Below, piece after piece: positions 43,906 to 57,291 of a DNA stretch of 64,000 nt (within the stretch, counting starts at the first letter, position 1; each line of letters starts with the position of its first letter). Source of the stretch: an uncultured Planctomycetia bacterium (GTDB lineage: Bacteria; Omnitrophota; Gorgyraeia; Gorgyraeales; Gorgyraeaceae); NCBI GenBank assembly GCA_964652265.1, contig CAZZAL010000001.1:37783-101782 (forward strand). The letters are read 5' to 3'. A program made the translations under genes and the position numbers. The notes under the pieces were generated by a model. The model made no database searches and had not been told where the DNA came from. It was given only the letters and a program-made list of their open reading frames with translations.

Positions 43906-44682
43906 TTACCTCAACCAGGAAAACAGACCCTTTTTCTTTCTGTCAGGCCTGAAAAGATTGTTCAGGGCACGCTCCAGCGCGTCCTTATCAAGATTATGAG
44001 TGAGCTTTCCACTATTTGCAATAGAGATCCCACCCGTTTCTTCAGAAATTACTATCACCACCGCGTCAGTCTCTTCGCTCAAACCAAGCGCTGCCCTGTG
44101 TCTCGTGCCAAGCGTCCTGGAAATCCTTGGGTTCTGCGTAAGTGGAAACAAACATCCAGCCCCCACAACGCGATCCCCTGAGATCACCACGCCTCCGTCG
44201 TGAAGCGGCGCGTTCGGCATGAAAATAGTTATCAAAAGCTCTGTCGTCACCCTTGCATCTATATCTATACCGCTTTCCACATAATGGCTCAACCTCGAGT
44301 CTTTTTCAATCGCCACGAGCGCTCCGATCTTTCTTTTTGAAAGCGAAAGCACTGCCTCGGTAACTTCTTTTATGATCTCGGATTCCTTAAGAAAAATCTC
44401 AGACCACCTGTGCTGCCCGATACTTGCAAGCCCACGCCTAAGCTCTGGCTGAAATATGATCAAGACCGCGATAACCGATATAGCAAAAAGTTTTGTGAAT
44501 ATCCAGCTTATCGTGTCCAGACCCAGCTTCTGGGTGACAATAAAAAAGAGTACTATGAGGACTATGCCTTTTAAGACCTGGACCCCGCGTGTGCCCCTGG
44601 CAAATATCAAAACAAAATAAAACGCAAACCATAATATCCCTATCTCGAGGAATATTTTTATTAGATTGACATAATCAGACAT
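43906..44682 (-). CDS. cdaA: diadenylate cyclase CdaA (c-di-AMP synthase)
   Basis: 258 aa. Three N-terminal TM helices plus a DAC domain with HDGGVVI (DGA-like) and GTRHRAALG (RHR) motifs. Confidence 0.88.
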   Translation of the reverse strand: MSDYVNLIKIFLEIGILWFAFYFVLIFARGTRGVQVLKGIVLIVLFFIVTQKLGLDTISWIFTKLFAISVIAVLIIFQPELRRGLASIGQHRWSEIFLKESEIIKEVTEAVLSLSKRKIGALVAIEKDSRLSHYVESGIDIDARVTTELLITIFMPNAPLHDGGVVISGDRVVGAGCLFPLTQNPRISRTLGTRHRAALGLSEETDAVVIVISEETGGISIANSGKLTHNLDKDALERALNNLFRPDRKKKGLFSWLR

Positions 44683-45508
44683 TTATCGCCTCTCTTGAGC
44701 GGACGATCGCATCAGCGACCATCACGGCTTGTTTTACCGCGCTTACATCATGCGCCCTTATGATGTCCGCGTCATTCTCCACTGCTATGGCAGCCGCCGC
44801 CAGGGTTCCAAAGACTCTCTCTTTCGGCTCGACGCCAAGTATGTTTCCTATAAAAGATTTTCTTGACGGCCCTACAAGTACAGGCCTATCCATGACCTTA
44901 AAGCGTGAAAGATTGTTTAATATCTCAAGGTTATGCTCAAACGTCTTTCCGAAACCAATGCCCGGGTCTATGATAATATTTTCTTCTCTTATGCCTACCT
45001 CTCTTGCTTCTTTAACCAAAAGAGATAATCTCTCTATTATTTCTTCTATAAGATTTGTGTAAACCGGATTTTGCTGCATCGTCCGGGGCGAGCCTTTCAT
45101 GTGCATGATGACAACTCCCGCATTATAGCGAGCCGCCACCTCTCGCATGTCTTTGTCAGAATCAAGGCCGCTTATATCATTTACTATTGTTGCACCGCTA
45201 TCTAGCGCGCGCTTGGCTACCTCTGCTTTTTTTGTATCTATGGAAATAGCAACCCTTGTCTCTTTTGCCAATCTCTCGATTACAGGTATGGTCCTTTTGA
45301 TCTCTTCTTCCAGTGAAACAGGCTCTGCTCCAGGTCTTGTTGATTCGCCACCCACATCAATAATATCCGCGCCTTCAGCCACAAGCCTCTGTGCTGTCTC
45401 TATCGCTTCCCTGGTATCCTGATATACGCCGTCACCGCTGAATGAATCAGGCGTAATATTCAGGATCCCCATCACATACGTGCGCGACCCAAATTCAAAA
45501 CCCTTCAT
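44675..45508 (-). CDS. folP: dihydropteroate synthase
   Basis: 277 aa. Pterin-binding TIM barrel, GADIIDVGGESTRPG. Confidence 0.9.
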   Translation of the reverse strand: MKGFEFGSRTYVMGILNITPDSFSGDGVYQDTREAIETAQRLVAEGADIIDVGGESTRPGAEPVSLEEEIKRTIPVIERLAKETRVAISIDTKKAEVAKRALDSGATIVNDISGLDSDKDMREVAARYNAGVVIMHMKGSPRTMQQNPVYTNLIEEIIERLSLLVKEAREVGIREENIIIDPGIGFGKTFEHNLEILNNLSRFKVMDRPVLVGPSRKSFIGNILGVEPKERVFGTLAAAAIAVENDADIIRAHDVSAVKQAVMVADAIVRSREAINV

Positions 45509-45532
45509 TCCCCGTACACTCCTAATCAGGTA

Positions 45533-47401
45533 TCAATCAGCCGCTTTGGATCCGGAAAGCACAAGCTTCTTTACTTCATCGGAATCCATTACCTCTTTCT
45601 CCAATAATTTTTCAGCCAGCATCTTTAACTTCGACTTATTACTCGTAAGTTCTTTTCTAGCGCTGGTGTAACATTCGTCTATGATCTTCCGCACCTCTTT
45701 GTCTATTTCAACAGATGTGGCTTCACTATAATTCTTCTCTTCGGCTATGTCTCTTCCTAGAAATATCTGATCATGACGTTTCCCGAAAGTAAGGTTGCCT
45801 AATTTTTCGCTCATACCCCATCTCATGACCATATCCCTGGCAATCCCAGTAGCTTTCTCAAGATCATCTTGCGCTCCTGTCGAGAGCTCTTTAAACACAA
45901 TCTCCTCGCTCGCCCTTCCTCCCAACATACCGACTATCTTTCCGACGAGTTCCTTCTTGGTAACGATGTATCTATCCTCCACAGGTAATCTCATCGTATA
46001 ACCAAGCGCTATCCCTCTCGGAATAATGGAAACCTTATGCAATGGATCAGCTCCGGGTATCAAAAGCGCCAGAAGCGCGTGCCCTGCTTCATGGTACGCG
46101 ACTATCTTTTTTTCTTCCGAATTTATCACGCGTGTCTTCTTTTCAGGGCCAGCAATGACTCTCTCGATAGACTCTTCCAACTCCTTCATATCCACGCCAC
46201 TCTTAACCCTTCTGGCAGCAAGAAGTGCGGCTTCATTCACTAGGTTTGCAAGGTCTGCCCCTGAAAAACCCGAGGTCTGCCTTGCTATCGATTTAAACTC
46301 CACTTCCTTGTTTAATTTTATATTCTTCGCATGGACATTTAAGATCGCTTCTCTTCCTACGATATCCGGCCGAGAAATAACAATTATCCTGTCAAACCGG
46401 CCTGGCCTTAAAAGCGCTGGATCGAGCACATCCGGCCTGTTTGTGGCTGCGATCAATATCACGCCTTCCTGACTGTTAAAACCATCCATCTCCACCAAAA
46501 GTGCGTTCAGTGTCTGCTCGCGTTCATCATGTCCGCCGCCAATACCTGCAAACCTCTGTCTGCCCACCGCATCTATCTCATCAATAAAAATAATAGCGCC
46601 TTTACCTTCCATCTTTGCGGCGCGCTTTGCCTGTTCAAATAAATCCCGCACCCTTGAAGCGCCCACTCCTACAAACATCTCAACAAAGTCAGAGCCACTG
46701 ATGCTGAAAAATGGCACCTTTGCCTCGCCACTTACTGCCTTTGCCAGTAATGTCTTACCCGTGCCTGGTGGCCCCATCAAAAGCACGCCTTTCGGGATCT
46801 TTCCGCCGAGCCTCTGGAATTTCTTCGGATCCTTTAAAAACTCTATGACCTCTTGGAGTTCCTCTTTTGCCTCGTCCACGCCAGCAACATCATTAAAAGT
46901 GACCTTTGCCTTATCGCCTGCGATCTGTTTTGCTCGGCTTTTTCCGAATGAAAGTATCCTTCCTCCGCCCTGCGCGCTCCGGTATACAAAAAACCACAAA
47001 AACCCGATAAAGAGTATCATGGGACCGAGTGAATAAAAAAGATTTGCCCATAACGTCTTTGGAGGTCTCACGTCAAAATCGTCTATGTTTTGTTTCAATA
47101 ACCTCAGTAAATCCTGGTCCTGAGCAGGAATATTGACAATAAAATTGGATCCGCTGGAAAAAACTCCTTTGATGCGCTCATCGACTTTAACAGCAGAAGC
47201 TATGGCACCTGTCTCGGTATTTCTCTCGAGCAGCCTGTAGAACTCGCCATAACTTATTTCCTTCGGAGTGACCTGAGAAGAAAGGCTGCCCAGCCTTGAA
47301 AGATACAAAAGCAGCAAAAAAATACCTACCCAGAAAAAAACACTCTTACCAAGTTTATTCTTATTATTGTTCATTTTTCCAACTGGCTTTTTGCCATCCA
47401 T
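45533..47401 (-). CDS. ftsH: ATP-dependent zinc metalloprotease FtsH
   Basis: 622 aa. N-terminal TM, AAA+ [18 protein letters not shown] zinc site. Confidence 0.95.
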   Translation of the reverse strand: MDGKKPVGKMNNNKNKLGKSVFFWVGIFLLLLYLSRLGSLSSQVTPKEISYGEFYRLLERNTETGAIASAVKVDERIKGVFSSGSNFIVNIPAQDQDLLRLLKQNIDDFDVRPPKTLWANLFYSLGPMILFIGFLWFFVYRSAQGGGRILSFGKSRAKQIAGDKAKVTFNDVAGVDEAKEELQEVIEFLKDPKKFQRLGGKIPKGVLLMGPPGTGKTLLAKAVSGEAKVPFFSISGSDFVEMFVGVGASRVRDLFEQAKRAAKMEGKGAIIFIDEIDAVGRQRFAGIGGGHDEREQTLNALLVEMDGFNSQEGVILIAATNRPDVLDPALLRPGRFDRIIVISRPDIVGREAILNVHAKNIKLNKEVEFKSIARQTSGFSGADLANLVNEAALLAARRVKSGVDMKELEESIERVIAGPEKKTRVINSEEKKIVAYHEAGHALLALLIPGADPLHKVSIIPRGIALGYTMRLPVEDRYIVTKKELVGKIVGMLGGRASEEIVFKELSTGAQDDLEKATGIARDMVMRWGMSEKLGNLTFGKRHDQIFLGRDIAEEKNYSEATSVEIDKEVRKIIDECYTSARKELTSNKSKLKMLAEKLLEKEVMDSDEVKKLVLSGSKAAD

Positions 47402-47481
47402 ATAAACCTTTCTAAAAATATTAATAATTTATTATAGCACCGATATAGCTAATATTCAAGCCCGCACCCATTAAAGGGCCC

Positions 47482-48477
47482 CTAAGTCTGATAAGTTACG
47501 ACTATGCTGCTCTTCTTTTTTACGACATTTATCCCGCCAGGCAAGTCAACTATCGAATTCCCTGGCCTCTCATTGATCAGCTTATCCATCTCCTTCCAAT
47601 GCTGGTAGGTAAGCCGTTTCAGGTCGCCTTTAAATTCCTGCAGCGCAACTCTTAGAATCCTTTTCCGTACCGCTTCTGGCTGACGTTTAAGTTTTTTGAT
47701 ATCTATGAGTATCTCTCCGTTCCTTGCCCTCGAAAGTCCCTTGAATTTCCTCTTTGAAAATTTCTCCAAAAATTCATTCTCGGTCCGCAGATTTTCGGCC
47801 ATATTAGAAAGTACTTCTTTTATGTTCGAGTTAAAATTCTTTTCCAGGTAAGGGATCAGATCTCGCCTGACCTTGTTTCTCGTAAAGACGGTCTCGTCAT
47901 TCGAAGAATCATGCCTGAACTCTAAATCATTTTTCCTGATAAAATTCTCGATCTCACTCCTGGATGTTTCGATAAGCGGTCTTAAAATCACGAGTCCATT
48001 GATATCTTTCACTGGGCTTATGCCTCCCAGACCAAGCATACCAGCGCCTCGTATCGTCCTCATGAGCACTGTCTCTGCCTGGTCGTCTTTATTATGCCCC
48101 ACTGCCAGCTTCTTGATAGATTTTAACTTCGCGACTTTTTTAAAAAAATTATATCGTTCGATCCGTGCAGCCTCTTCTGCTGAGATACTCTTCTCTTCTG
48201 CTATCTTAGGGACATCTATTTCTTCATAAGCGATTTCAAGATTTAGTCGCTTCGCTAGATCCTCGCAAAATCTCCTGTCGCCCAAAGACTCTTCTCCCCT
48301 AAATCTATGATCTAAATGTGCTATATAGATATATAAAGCATATTCTTCTTTAAGCGCTACTAACGCATGCAAAAGCGCGACTGAATCCCCTCCTCCGGAA
48401 AGTCCCACTAAAAGCCTGTCATGCTTCTCGAGCATATTATATTTTTTTATCGTGGATTTGATTTTATCAACAAACAT
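47482..48477 (-). CDS. tilS: tRNA(Ile)-lysidine synthetase
   Basis: 331 aa. PP-loop SGGGDS, TilS N-terminal domain. Confidence 0.88.
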   Translation of the reverse strand: MFVDKIKSTIKKYNMLEKHDRLLVGLSGGGDSVALLHALVALKEEYALYIYIAHLDHRFRGEESLGDRRFCEDLAKRLNLEIAYEEIDVPKIAEEKSISAEEAARIERYNFFKKVAKLKSIKKLAVGHNKDDQAETVLMRTIRGAGMLGLGGISPVKDINGLVILRPLIETSRSEIENFIRKNDLEFRHDSSNDETVFTRNKVRRDLIPYLEKNFNSNIKEVLSNMAENLRTENEFLEKFSKRKFKGLSRARNGEILIDIKKLKRQPEAVRKRILRVALQEFKGDLKRLTYQHWKEMDKLINERPGNSIVDLPGGINVVKKKSSIVVTYQT

Positions 48478-48488
48478 AATAGATTAGA

Positions 48489-48565
48489 TGGTAGCGGCGA
48501 GTGGATTCGAACCACTGACGCGCCGGGTATGAGCCGACTGCTCTGACCAGCTGAGCTACGCCGCC
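48489..48565 (-). tRNA. tRNA with CAT anticodon: elongator Met or Ile2 (lysidine substrate); CCA encoded
   Basis: GGCGGCGTAGCTCAGCTGGTCAGAGCAGTCGGCTCATACCCGGCGCGTCAGTGGTTCGAATCCACTCGCCGCTACCA. Lacks the initiator hallmarks (no three G-C pairs in the anticodon stem, no C1:A72). Confidence 0.8.
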
Positions 48566-48573
48566 ACGCTCTC

Positions 48574-49374
48574 TTACTCCAAGACCTCGTTCAAGCTGCC
48601 TGTCCTGTATCCCTCCAAGTCCAGCGCTATATAACTAAAACCTAAACTCTTCAAGCGTCTTACTATTTTAACACAAAACTTCTGATTGAAAAATCTTTTT
48701 ATGTCTTTTTTATCAACCTCTATCCTTGCCACGTCATCGTGATACCTGACTCGGACATGTTTTATGCCCAGGTCCCTGATGAAGCCTTCTGCCTTCTCCA
48801 CCTTCGTCAACACGTCTCGGGAGATCTCTCTGCCGTAAGGGATCCTGGATGCAAGGCACGCTATCGGAGGCAATGACCATGTCGAAAGCCCCAGTTTCTT
48901 AGAATATTTTCTTATCTCACTCTTGGAAATACCTGCGTCCTGCAGGGGACTCCTCACCTTAAACTCTTTTTTTGCCCTCGCGCCAGGCCTGTAGTCAAAT
49001 TTATCGTCGAGGTTTGAGGCATCCAAGATAAACTTAAAACCACCACTTGCTGCCTCGTCCTTTAGGCTCCTGAATAATTCTTTCTTGCAGTAGTAACACC
49101 TGTCAGCCGGATTTTTAGTAAATCTTTTGTCTTTCATCTCGTCAGTAAAAATCAATCTGTGTCTTACGCCTAGCGCCTTGGTAAATCTTTTTGCCTGCTT
49201 CAGTTCTAAGCGCGTATATGTATCTGAGACAGCTGTAACAGCTAAAAGCTTCCCATCCGATAGTGTATCGTTTGCCACTTTGAGTAAAAAACTCGAGTCC
49301 AGGCCACCTGAAAACGCCACCACCGCACTTTCCATCCCCCTCAATATCTTTTCCAACTTCTCTATTTTGTTCAT
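48574..49374 (-). CDS. PP-loop ATP pyrophosphatase of the LarE/TIGR00268 family (ATP-dependent sulfur transferase-like)
   Basis: 266 aa. SGGLDSS PP-loop, conserved Cys in IACLASRIPYG as in LarE. Confidence 0.7.
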   Translation of the reverse strand: MNKIEKLEKILRGMESAVVAFSGGLDSSFLLKVANDTLSDGKLLAVTAVSDTYTRLELKQAKRFTKALGVRHRLIFTDEMKDKRFTKNPADRCYYCKKELFRSLKDEAASGGFKFILDASNLDDKFDYRPGARAKKEFKVRSPLQDAGISKSEIRKYSKKLGLSTWSLPPIACLASRIPYGREISRDVLTKVEKAEGFIRDLGIKHVRVRYHDDVARIEVDKKDIKRFFNQKFCVKIVRRLKSLGFSYIALDLEGYRTGSLNEVLE

Positions 49375-49396
49375 AATCTTTATCTCTGCTGGAGAC

Positions 49397-50500
49397 CTAG
49401 TCCTCGACAGATTCTATCCAGCCGCCACCGATAACATATTCTCCGTCATAAAAAACAGCTGCCTGGCCCGGCGTAATCGCCTCCTGATGATCTAGGAACT
49501 CTACTTCGATTTTGTTTTCTTCCGTCTCTTTTAAAAACGCCTTTGCCTTTTTATGATTATACCTTATTTTAACCTCGGCGGTAAAACCCTGCTTCTCTTT
49601 TTCGCAGAACCAGTTGATGTCCCTGACGATAAACTTTTTTTTCTTTACCTCTGAAGAATCCCCGACAAAAACTTTATTCTTCTCTGCGTCTATTCTTATT
49701 ACATAAAGCGGCTTTTTATGCGCTATGCCAAGCCCCTTGCGCTGTCCTATTGTAAAATTCCAAAATCCATTATGTTGCCCGAGTATCCTACCTTCAGAAT
49801 TGACTATGTTGCCCTTTTTATCCTTTATGCCGCAATATTCCTTTATAAAATCAGGGTACTTTCCATCGATTACAAAACATATCTCCTGGCTTTCCTTCTT
49901 TTTATAAACGCTCAATCCCAGTTCCTTTGCGCTCGCCTTCACCGCTTCCTTTGAAAGATCTCCTATAGGAAAAAGCGTTTTTTTGATCTGAGACATTGTA
50001 AGCGAAAACAAGACATAAGACTGGTCCTTAGCCTTGTCTAAAGACTCTCTTAAGCTGAGCGAACCATTGTCCTTTATCCTTGCATAATGCCCCGTAGAAA
50101 TAAAGTCACACCCTAATTCTTCTGCCCTCCTCAGCAATGCCCCGAATTTTATCTTTTTATTGCAAAGGATGCAGGGATTAGGTGTCCGGCCTTCCATGTA
50201 CTCGCGCGTAAAATAATCTATCACCTCTCTTTTAAAGACATCTTCAAAGTTTAAGACATAATGCCTTATACCAAGATTATCGCATACCTTTTTTGCGTCA
50301 TCGATATCCTGAAGCGAGCAGCAAGATTTCTCCTTCTGTTTTCCGCAGTGCTCCTTTGGCCATATCTTCATGGTCGCGCCGATAACTTCATAGCCCTCGT
50401 CTTTTAAAATAGCCGCTGCCATGGAACTATCGACGCCACCGCTCATCGCAACTAGTACTCGTTCCTTCTTCATTTCAATTTCTCCATGTCCGACAGACAC
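49397..50500 (-). CDS. mnmA: tRNA-specific 2-thiouridylase MnmA
   Basis: VLVAMSGGVDSS PP-loop, catalytic Cys pair, C-terminal beta-barrel. The start may be M10 (MKKERV). Confidence 0.88.
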   Translation of the reverse strand: MSVGHGEIEMKKERVLVAMSGGVDSSMAAAILKDEGYEVIGATMKIWPKEHCGKQKEKSCCSLQDIDDAKKVCDNLGIRHYVLNFEDVFKREVIDYFTREYMEGRTPNPCILCNKKIKFGALLRRAEELGCDFISTGHYARIKDNGSLSLRESLDKAKDQSYVLFSLTMSQIKKTLFPIGDLSKEAVKASAKELGLSVYKKKESQEICFVIDGKYPDFIKEYCGIKDKKGNIVNSEGRILGQHNGFWNFTIGQRKGLGIAHKKPLYVIRIDAEKNKVFVGDSSEVKKKKFIVRDINWFCEKEKQGFTAEVKIRYNHKKAKAFLKETEENKIEVEFLDHQEAITPGQAAVFYDGEYVIGGGWIESVED

Positions 50501-50504
50501 ATGC

Positions 50505-52673
<2,169 letters not shown>

Positions 52674-52681
<8 letters not shown>

Positions 52682-53408
52682 TGTTTTCTGCTCCTATCAG
52701 TCTTAAACCCTTTAGTGTCAACTCAGGGTCTATTTTTTTAATCGTGTTGCAATAGGGCCCTATCAGTCTCGAAGTCCCGCCTGTTGCCACTACATTGCCC
52801 TTTGCGCCATAAATCTTTTTTAACCTTCCGACGACGCCGTCGCATAAACTAGCAAAGCCGTAAACAGCTCCGTTTACCATGCTTTCCCGAGTATCTCTTC
52901 CTAAAACACCTTTTGGTTCTTTCAATCTCACCCTTGGCAACATTGCCGCCTTTTCTGACAAGGCACTGAGTGAAATCTCGATACCAGGAACGATCAAGCC
53001 CCCGGTGTATTCTTTTCTTTTGTTTACAACATCTATTGTTATCGCAGTACCAAAATCCACGACTATACATGGACCTCCGTACGCCTCATAAGCAGCCCTT
53101 GCATTCACAAGCCTGTCCTGTCCGACCTGTCGCGGATTTCCATATCGATTCTTAATCCCGCTGGATATATCCCTGCCTACGACCATCGCCTTTTTACCTA
53201 ACACTCTCTCGCATATTCTTTCTACCCGGCCTAACGCCTTTGGTACGACACTCACTATTACTGCGCCTTCGACGCCTGCTAATTTTTTAGCATACAGCGC
53301 CTCTAGGGTCTTTGCATAAGTAGGCACCCTGAATGCCTTTTTTAAAATCCTGCCGTCAAAAATGCCATTATTAATACTCGTATTTCCGATATCAACTACC
53401 AATAACAT
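52674..53408 (-). CDS. coaX: type III pantothenate kinase
   Basis: 244 aa. LLVVDIGNTSINNGIF N-terminus, ASKHA fold. Confidence 0.88.
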
Positions 53409-53439
53409 TCATTCACCTTTTGGTGTCCGGGTATAGATC

Positions 53440-54414
53440 CTAACGCAGCATCAAGACATCGCCCGCAAGGATCCGCTCGTTAAACCCAGAATCTAGCCTC
53501 AATATAAGAGCACCCTCTTCATCCACATCCATGGCTTGACCTGATATAAGTTTATTATGATAGTTTATTTGCACCCTCCTGTCAAGCACCGCTGAAAGTT
53601 TCCTGTATTCTTTAATGATGACATTTGTCTTGCCTTTATTAAAAATCTTATAGTATTTTTCAATATTTCTCAAGAGGGCCTTGGCAAAATCCAATCTGTC
53701 TAACGCCTCCCCTTTCTCAATAGCAAGTGAACTCGCACCCTTTGGCAACAGTTCGCTTTTTGTATTTATATTAACGCCTACGCCCAGTATGACAAAATTG
53801 ATCTTGTCAGCCTCGCCGCTCAACTCTGTCAATATCCCGCAGACTTTGTTGCCGTTCACCAAAACATCATTTGGCCATTTAATAAATGCTGGGAGATTCG
53901 TCTCCTCGCGAACCGTCTTTGCTACGCCCAGGGAAGAGATAAGTGTTATAGCGGAAAGTTCTCTCGGTAAAATATCAGGCCTGAGTATTATTGAAAAATA
54001 CGCACCTTTTGATCTTGGTGAAACCCATTTCCTTCCTAATCTACCCCGCCCCCTGGTCTGGTGTTCTGCTATCACCACCGTGCCTTCAGCTTCTCCTGAG
54101 GAAGCCATGCTGTGTGCAATATCATTCGTAGAAGAGATCTCTTTATACGAATAGATCTTTTTTCCGATCAACTCTGTATCAAGCTGCCATTTCAATTCGA
54201 TTCCAGTCAACCGGTCAGGCACAGAGACCAATCTGTAGCCAAGATGAGGAGATGCCGCGATATCATATCCTTCATCACGCAGTTTTTCAATATGCTTCCA
54301 TATGGCTGTCCGGGAAATACTGAATACCTCGCTTAGTTCTTCACCAGAGACATAACCATCCCCGCGCTTCTTAAAAAAATTCAATATCTTGTCGTCCAGC
54401 ATGACTTCTCTCAT
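53440..54414 (-). CDS. birA: bifunctional biotin--[acetyl-CoA-carboxylase] ligase and transcriptional repressor BirA
   Basis: 324 aa. N-terminal HTH, GRGRLGRKW biotin-binding motif. Confidence 0.88.
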   Translation of the reverse strand: MREVMLDDKILNFFKKRGDGYVSGEELSEVFSISRTAIWKHIEKLRDEGYDIAASPHLGYRLVSVPDRLTGIELKWQLDTELIGKKIYSYKEISSTNDIAHSMASSGEAEGTVVIAEHQTRGRGRLGRKWVSPRSKGAYFSIILRPDILPRELSAITLISSLGVAKTVREETNLPAFIKWPNDVLVNGNKVCGILTELSGEADKINFVILGVGVNINTKSELLPKGASSLAIEKGEALDRLDFAKALLRNIEKYYKIFNKGKTNVIIKEYRKLSAVLDRRVQINYHNKLISGQAMDVDEEGALILRLDSGFNERILAGDVLMLR

Positions 54415-54428
54415 TAAAACCCCTATAC

Positions 54429-56390
54429 CTAGGACACCTTCAGCGCCTTTATCTGGTCCCTTATCTCAGCAGCCCTCTCAAATTGTAGATTTCTAGCACA
54501 AAGCTCCATCTCCCGCTGTAGTTCAGAAACCAATGTCTCAGCCTCATATTCTTCTTCGCTTTGACCAGCAGCCTCCATCACGATCTCATTTGCTTTTTTA
54601 GTGCCCTCTATGCCATCCCTAATCGCCTTCTCTATTGACCTGGGTTTTATATTATGCTCCTTATTAAAAGCTATTTGTTTCTGTCTGCGCCGGTCTGTTT
54701 CTCTGGTTGCCTTTTTCATGGAATCTGTCAATGTATCTGCATACATTATCACCTGTCCGTTGATATTCCTCGCGGCCCTGCCTGCAACCTGGATAAGAGA
54801 ACGCTCTGAGCGCAAAAACCCTTCCTTGTCTGCGTCTAGGATCGCCACCAGTGAGACCTCTGGCAGGTCCAGGCCTTCGCGCAATAAATTTATTCCCACA
54901 AGGCAATCAAACTTCTGCTTTCTTAGATCCCTCAAGATCTCTGCGCGCTCAATCACACTGACCTCTGAATGTATATACCGTACGCGCAGCCTTGCCTCTT
55001 TTAAATATTCCGTAAGGTCTTCTGCCATCCTTTTTGTCAGTGTCGTGACCAGTACTCTCTGACCTAAAGCTGCTCTTTCCTTTATTTTATCTATAAGGTC
55101 TTCTATCTGCCCGTCGCTCGGTTTTAAAATGATCTCTGGGTCGATGAGCCCCGTGGGCCTGATCAATTGCTCGACTACCTGTCTAGACTCCTTAAGCTCA
55201 TACTCGGAAGGTGTAGCAGAAGCAAATACCGCCTCATTGATCAAATCTGTAAATTCCTCGAAATTCAAAGGCCTGTTATCCAGCGCCGAAGGTAACCTGA
55301 ATCCATAATCAACGAGCGTTTGTTTGCGCGAGCGGTCCCCGTTATACATACCCCTCACCTGAGGTATTGTAACATGAGACTCGTCAATTATCGTCAAAAA
55401 ATCATCTGGAAAATAATCCAGAAGGCAATACGGCCTTGAACCAGGAGCCCTGGCACTTAAAAGTCTTGAATAATTTTCCACACCGCTACAAAAACCCATC
55501 TCCTTCAACATCTCAATGTCATAGCGTGTCCTGGAGCTAAGCCGCTGCGCCTCAAGCAACTTATTCTGCGCCTTCAGTTCCTTAACACGCTCTCCTAATT
55601 CTTTCCATATCAAACCGATCGCCCTATATATCTTATCCTTGGTGGTGACAAAATGCTTTGCAGGATATATAGCTATTCTTTCTGTCTCTTCTAGTGCTTT
55701 CCCTGTCAGAGGATCAATCTCTACGATCTTTTCCACTGTATCCCCGAAAAAATATATCCTATACGCTGTCTCTTTGTAGGCAGGGAATATCTCTATAATC
55801 TCTCCCCTGATCCTGAATGAACCCCGCCTGAAATCAATATCATTTCTTGAGTAGTGTATGCTTACCAGGCGCGAGGTGAGTTCACCTCTCTTTATCATCT
55901 GTCCTTTTTCTAAAAATAACAATAGATCCTGATAATCGCCAGGTGAACCCAATCCGTATATGCACGATACGCTGGCTACTATAATGACATCCCGCCTGGA
56001 CATAAGCGCGCTCGTGGCTGACAGTCGGAGCCGGTCTATATTATCGTTTATCGAAGCATCTTTTTCTATGTAGGTGTCTGTCTGCGGAACATATGCCTCT
56101 GGCTGGTAATAATCGTAATAACTGACGAAATACTCTATTGCGTTATGCGGGAAAAATTCCTTGAACTCGCTGTATAGCTGCGCAGCAAGCGTCTTATTAT
56201 GCGAGATCACCAGAGTAGGCCTCTGGAGACTGGCGATCACGTTTGCTATTGTAAACGTCTTTCCGCTGCCAGTAACACCTAAGAGTGTTTGAAAACGATT
56301 GCCTTTCTTTAGGCCGCCTAAAAGCGCCTTTATCGCCTGTGGCTGGTCTCCCTGCGGCTTAAAATTACTGACTAACTTAAATTTAGACAT
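54429..56390 (-). CDS. uvrB: excinuclease ABC subunit B
   Basis: 653 aa. Helicase motifs [13 protein letters not shown]-terminal UVR domain. Confidence 0.93.
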   Translation of the reverse strand: MSKFKLVSNFKPQGDQPQAIKALLGGLKKGNRFQTLLGVTGSGKTFTIANVIASLQRPTLVISHNKTLAAQLYSEFKEFFPHNAIEYFVSYYDYYQPEAYVPQTDTYIEKDASINDNIDRLRLSATSALMSRRDVIIVASVSCIYGLGSPGDYQDLLLFLEKGQMIKRGELTSRLVSIHYSRNDIDFRRGSFRIRGEIIEIFPAYKETAYRIYFFGDTVEKIVEIDPLTGKALEETERIAIYPAKHFVTTKDKIYRAIGLIWKELGERVKELKAQNKLLEAQRLSSRTRYDIEMLKEMGFCSGVENYSRLLSARAPGSRPYCLLDYFPDDFLTIIDESHVTIPQVRGMYNGDRSRKQTLVDYGFRLPSALDNRPLNFEEFTDLINEAVFASATPSEYELKESRQVVEQLIRPTGLIDPEIILKPSDGQIEDLIDKIKERAALGQRVLVTTLTKRMAEDLTEYLKEARLRVRYIHSEVSVIERAEILRDLRKQKFDCLVGINLLREGLDLPEVSLVAILDADKEGFLRSERSLIQVAGRAARNINGQVIMYADTLTDSMKKATRETDRRRQKQIAFNKEHNIKPRSIEKAIRDGIEGTKKANEIVMEAAGQSEEEYEAETLVSELQREMELCARNLQFERAAEIRDQIKALKVS

Positions 56391-56448
56391 ATGGTTTTGT
56401 TTACATCTTAAGGCTTCTAGCTATGCCAAAAGCCTCGAGATAGGCAAG

Positions 56449-57291
56449 CTATGTACAAATCTCCAGTGAAAAGTCAATTGAAGGAGCTGAATGGGTAAGA
56501 AAACCTACTGAAATCCTGTCCACGCCTGTTTTTGCGATCTTTGTTACATCCTCTAACCTGACTCCGCCCGAATACTCAAGTAAGGGCCTGGAGCCTTTCT
56601 TTTTCTTATTCAACTTGACTGCCTTCCTCAGGTCCTCTATTTTCATATTATCGAGCATTATAATATCTGCCCCGGCTTCCAAGGCTACTTTAAAATTATT
56701 CAGATCATCGACTTCTACTTCGATATCTTTATAGTGCCTGGCCTTTGCTTTTTTTATAGCGTCTTTCATGCTGCATAGCGCCAGATGGTTATCCTTGATC
56801 AAGACCTGATCCCATAATCCCATCCTGTGATTAAAACCTCCTCCGATCTTGACAGCGTATTTTTCCAGCTCCCTTAAACCAGGTATGGTTTTTCTCGTAT
56901 CAAAAATACTAGCCTTGGAACCCTTTAGTTTTTCTACAAAGCTACCCGTGAGTGTACTGATTCCTGAAAGCCTTGCCAGAAAATTCAAAGCGCTCCTTTC
57001 ACCTGTCAGGATGTTCCTGGCCGACCCTTTAAGGGAAGCTACTCTTTTGTTCTTCTTGAGCCTATCTCCGTCTTTGTGAAGCGGATTAAATATCATCCTT
57101 TCATCAAGGGTGTTAAAAACCCACTTTACAACATCGACTCCGCAAAGTATGCACGGCCCTTCTGCAATAATACTGGCAGTCACATTTATATCTTTTTCCA
57201 GGACTACCGCACCCGTGATATCTCCAGTGCCCATGTCTTCTTTCAGCGCGCTCATTATTATCGGAAGTGCCTTTTCCTTAGCAATCTTCAT
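56449..57291 (-). CDS. nadC: nicotinate-nucleotide diphosphorylase (carboxylating)
   Basis: 280 aa. QPRTase fold signature. Confidence 0.88.
   Translation of the reverse strand: MKIAKEKALPIIMSALKEDMGTGDITGAVVLEKDINVTASIIAEGPCILCGVDVVKWVFNTLDERMIFNPLHKDGDRLKKNKRVASLKGSARNILTGERSALNFLARLSGISTLTGSFVEKLKGSKASIFDTRKTIPGLRELEKYAVKIGGGFNHRMGLWDQVLIKDNHLALCSMKDAIKKAKARHYKDIEVEVDDLNNFKVALEAGADIIMLDNMKIEDLRKAVKLNKKKKGSRPLLEYSGGVRLEDVTKIAKTGVDRISVGFLTHSAPSIDFSLEICT

Noticed and set aside
44100-44250. CdaA DGA to DGG (HDGGVVI) motif variant as possible inactivation
   Set aside because: Ala to Gly is conservative and the RHR motif and the rest of the DAC domain are intact. Insufficient to call a pseudogene.
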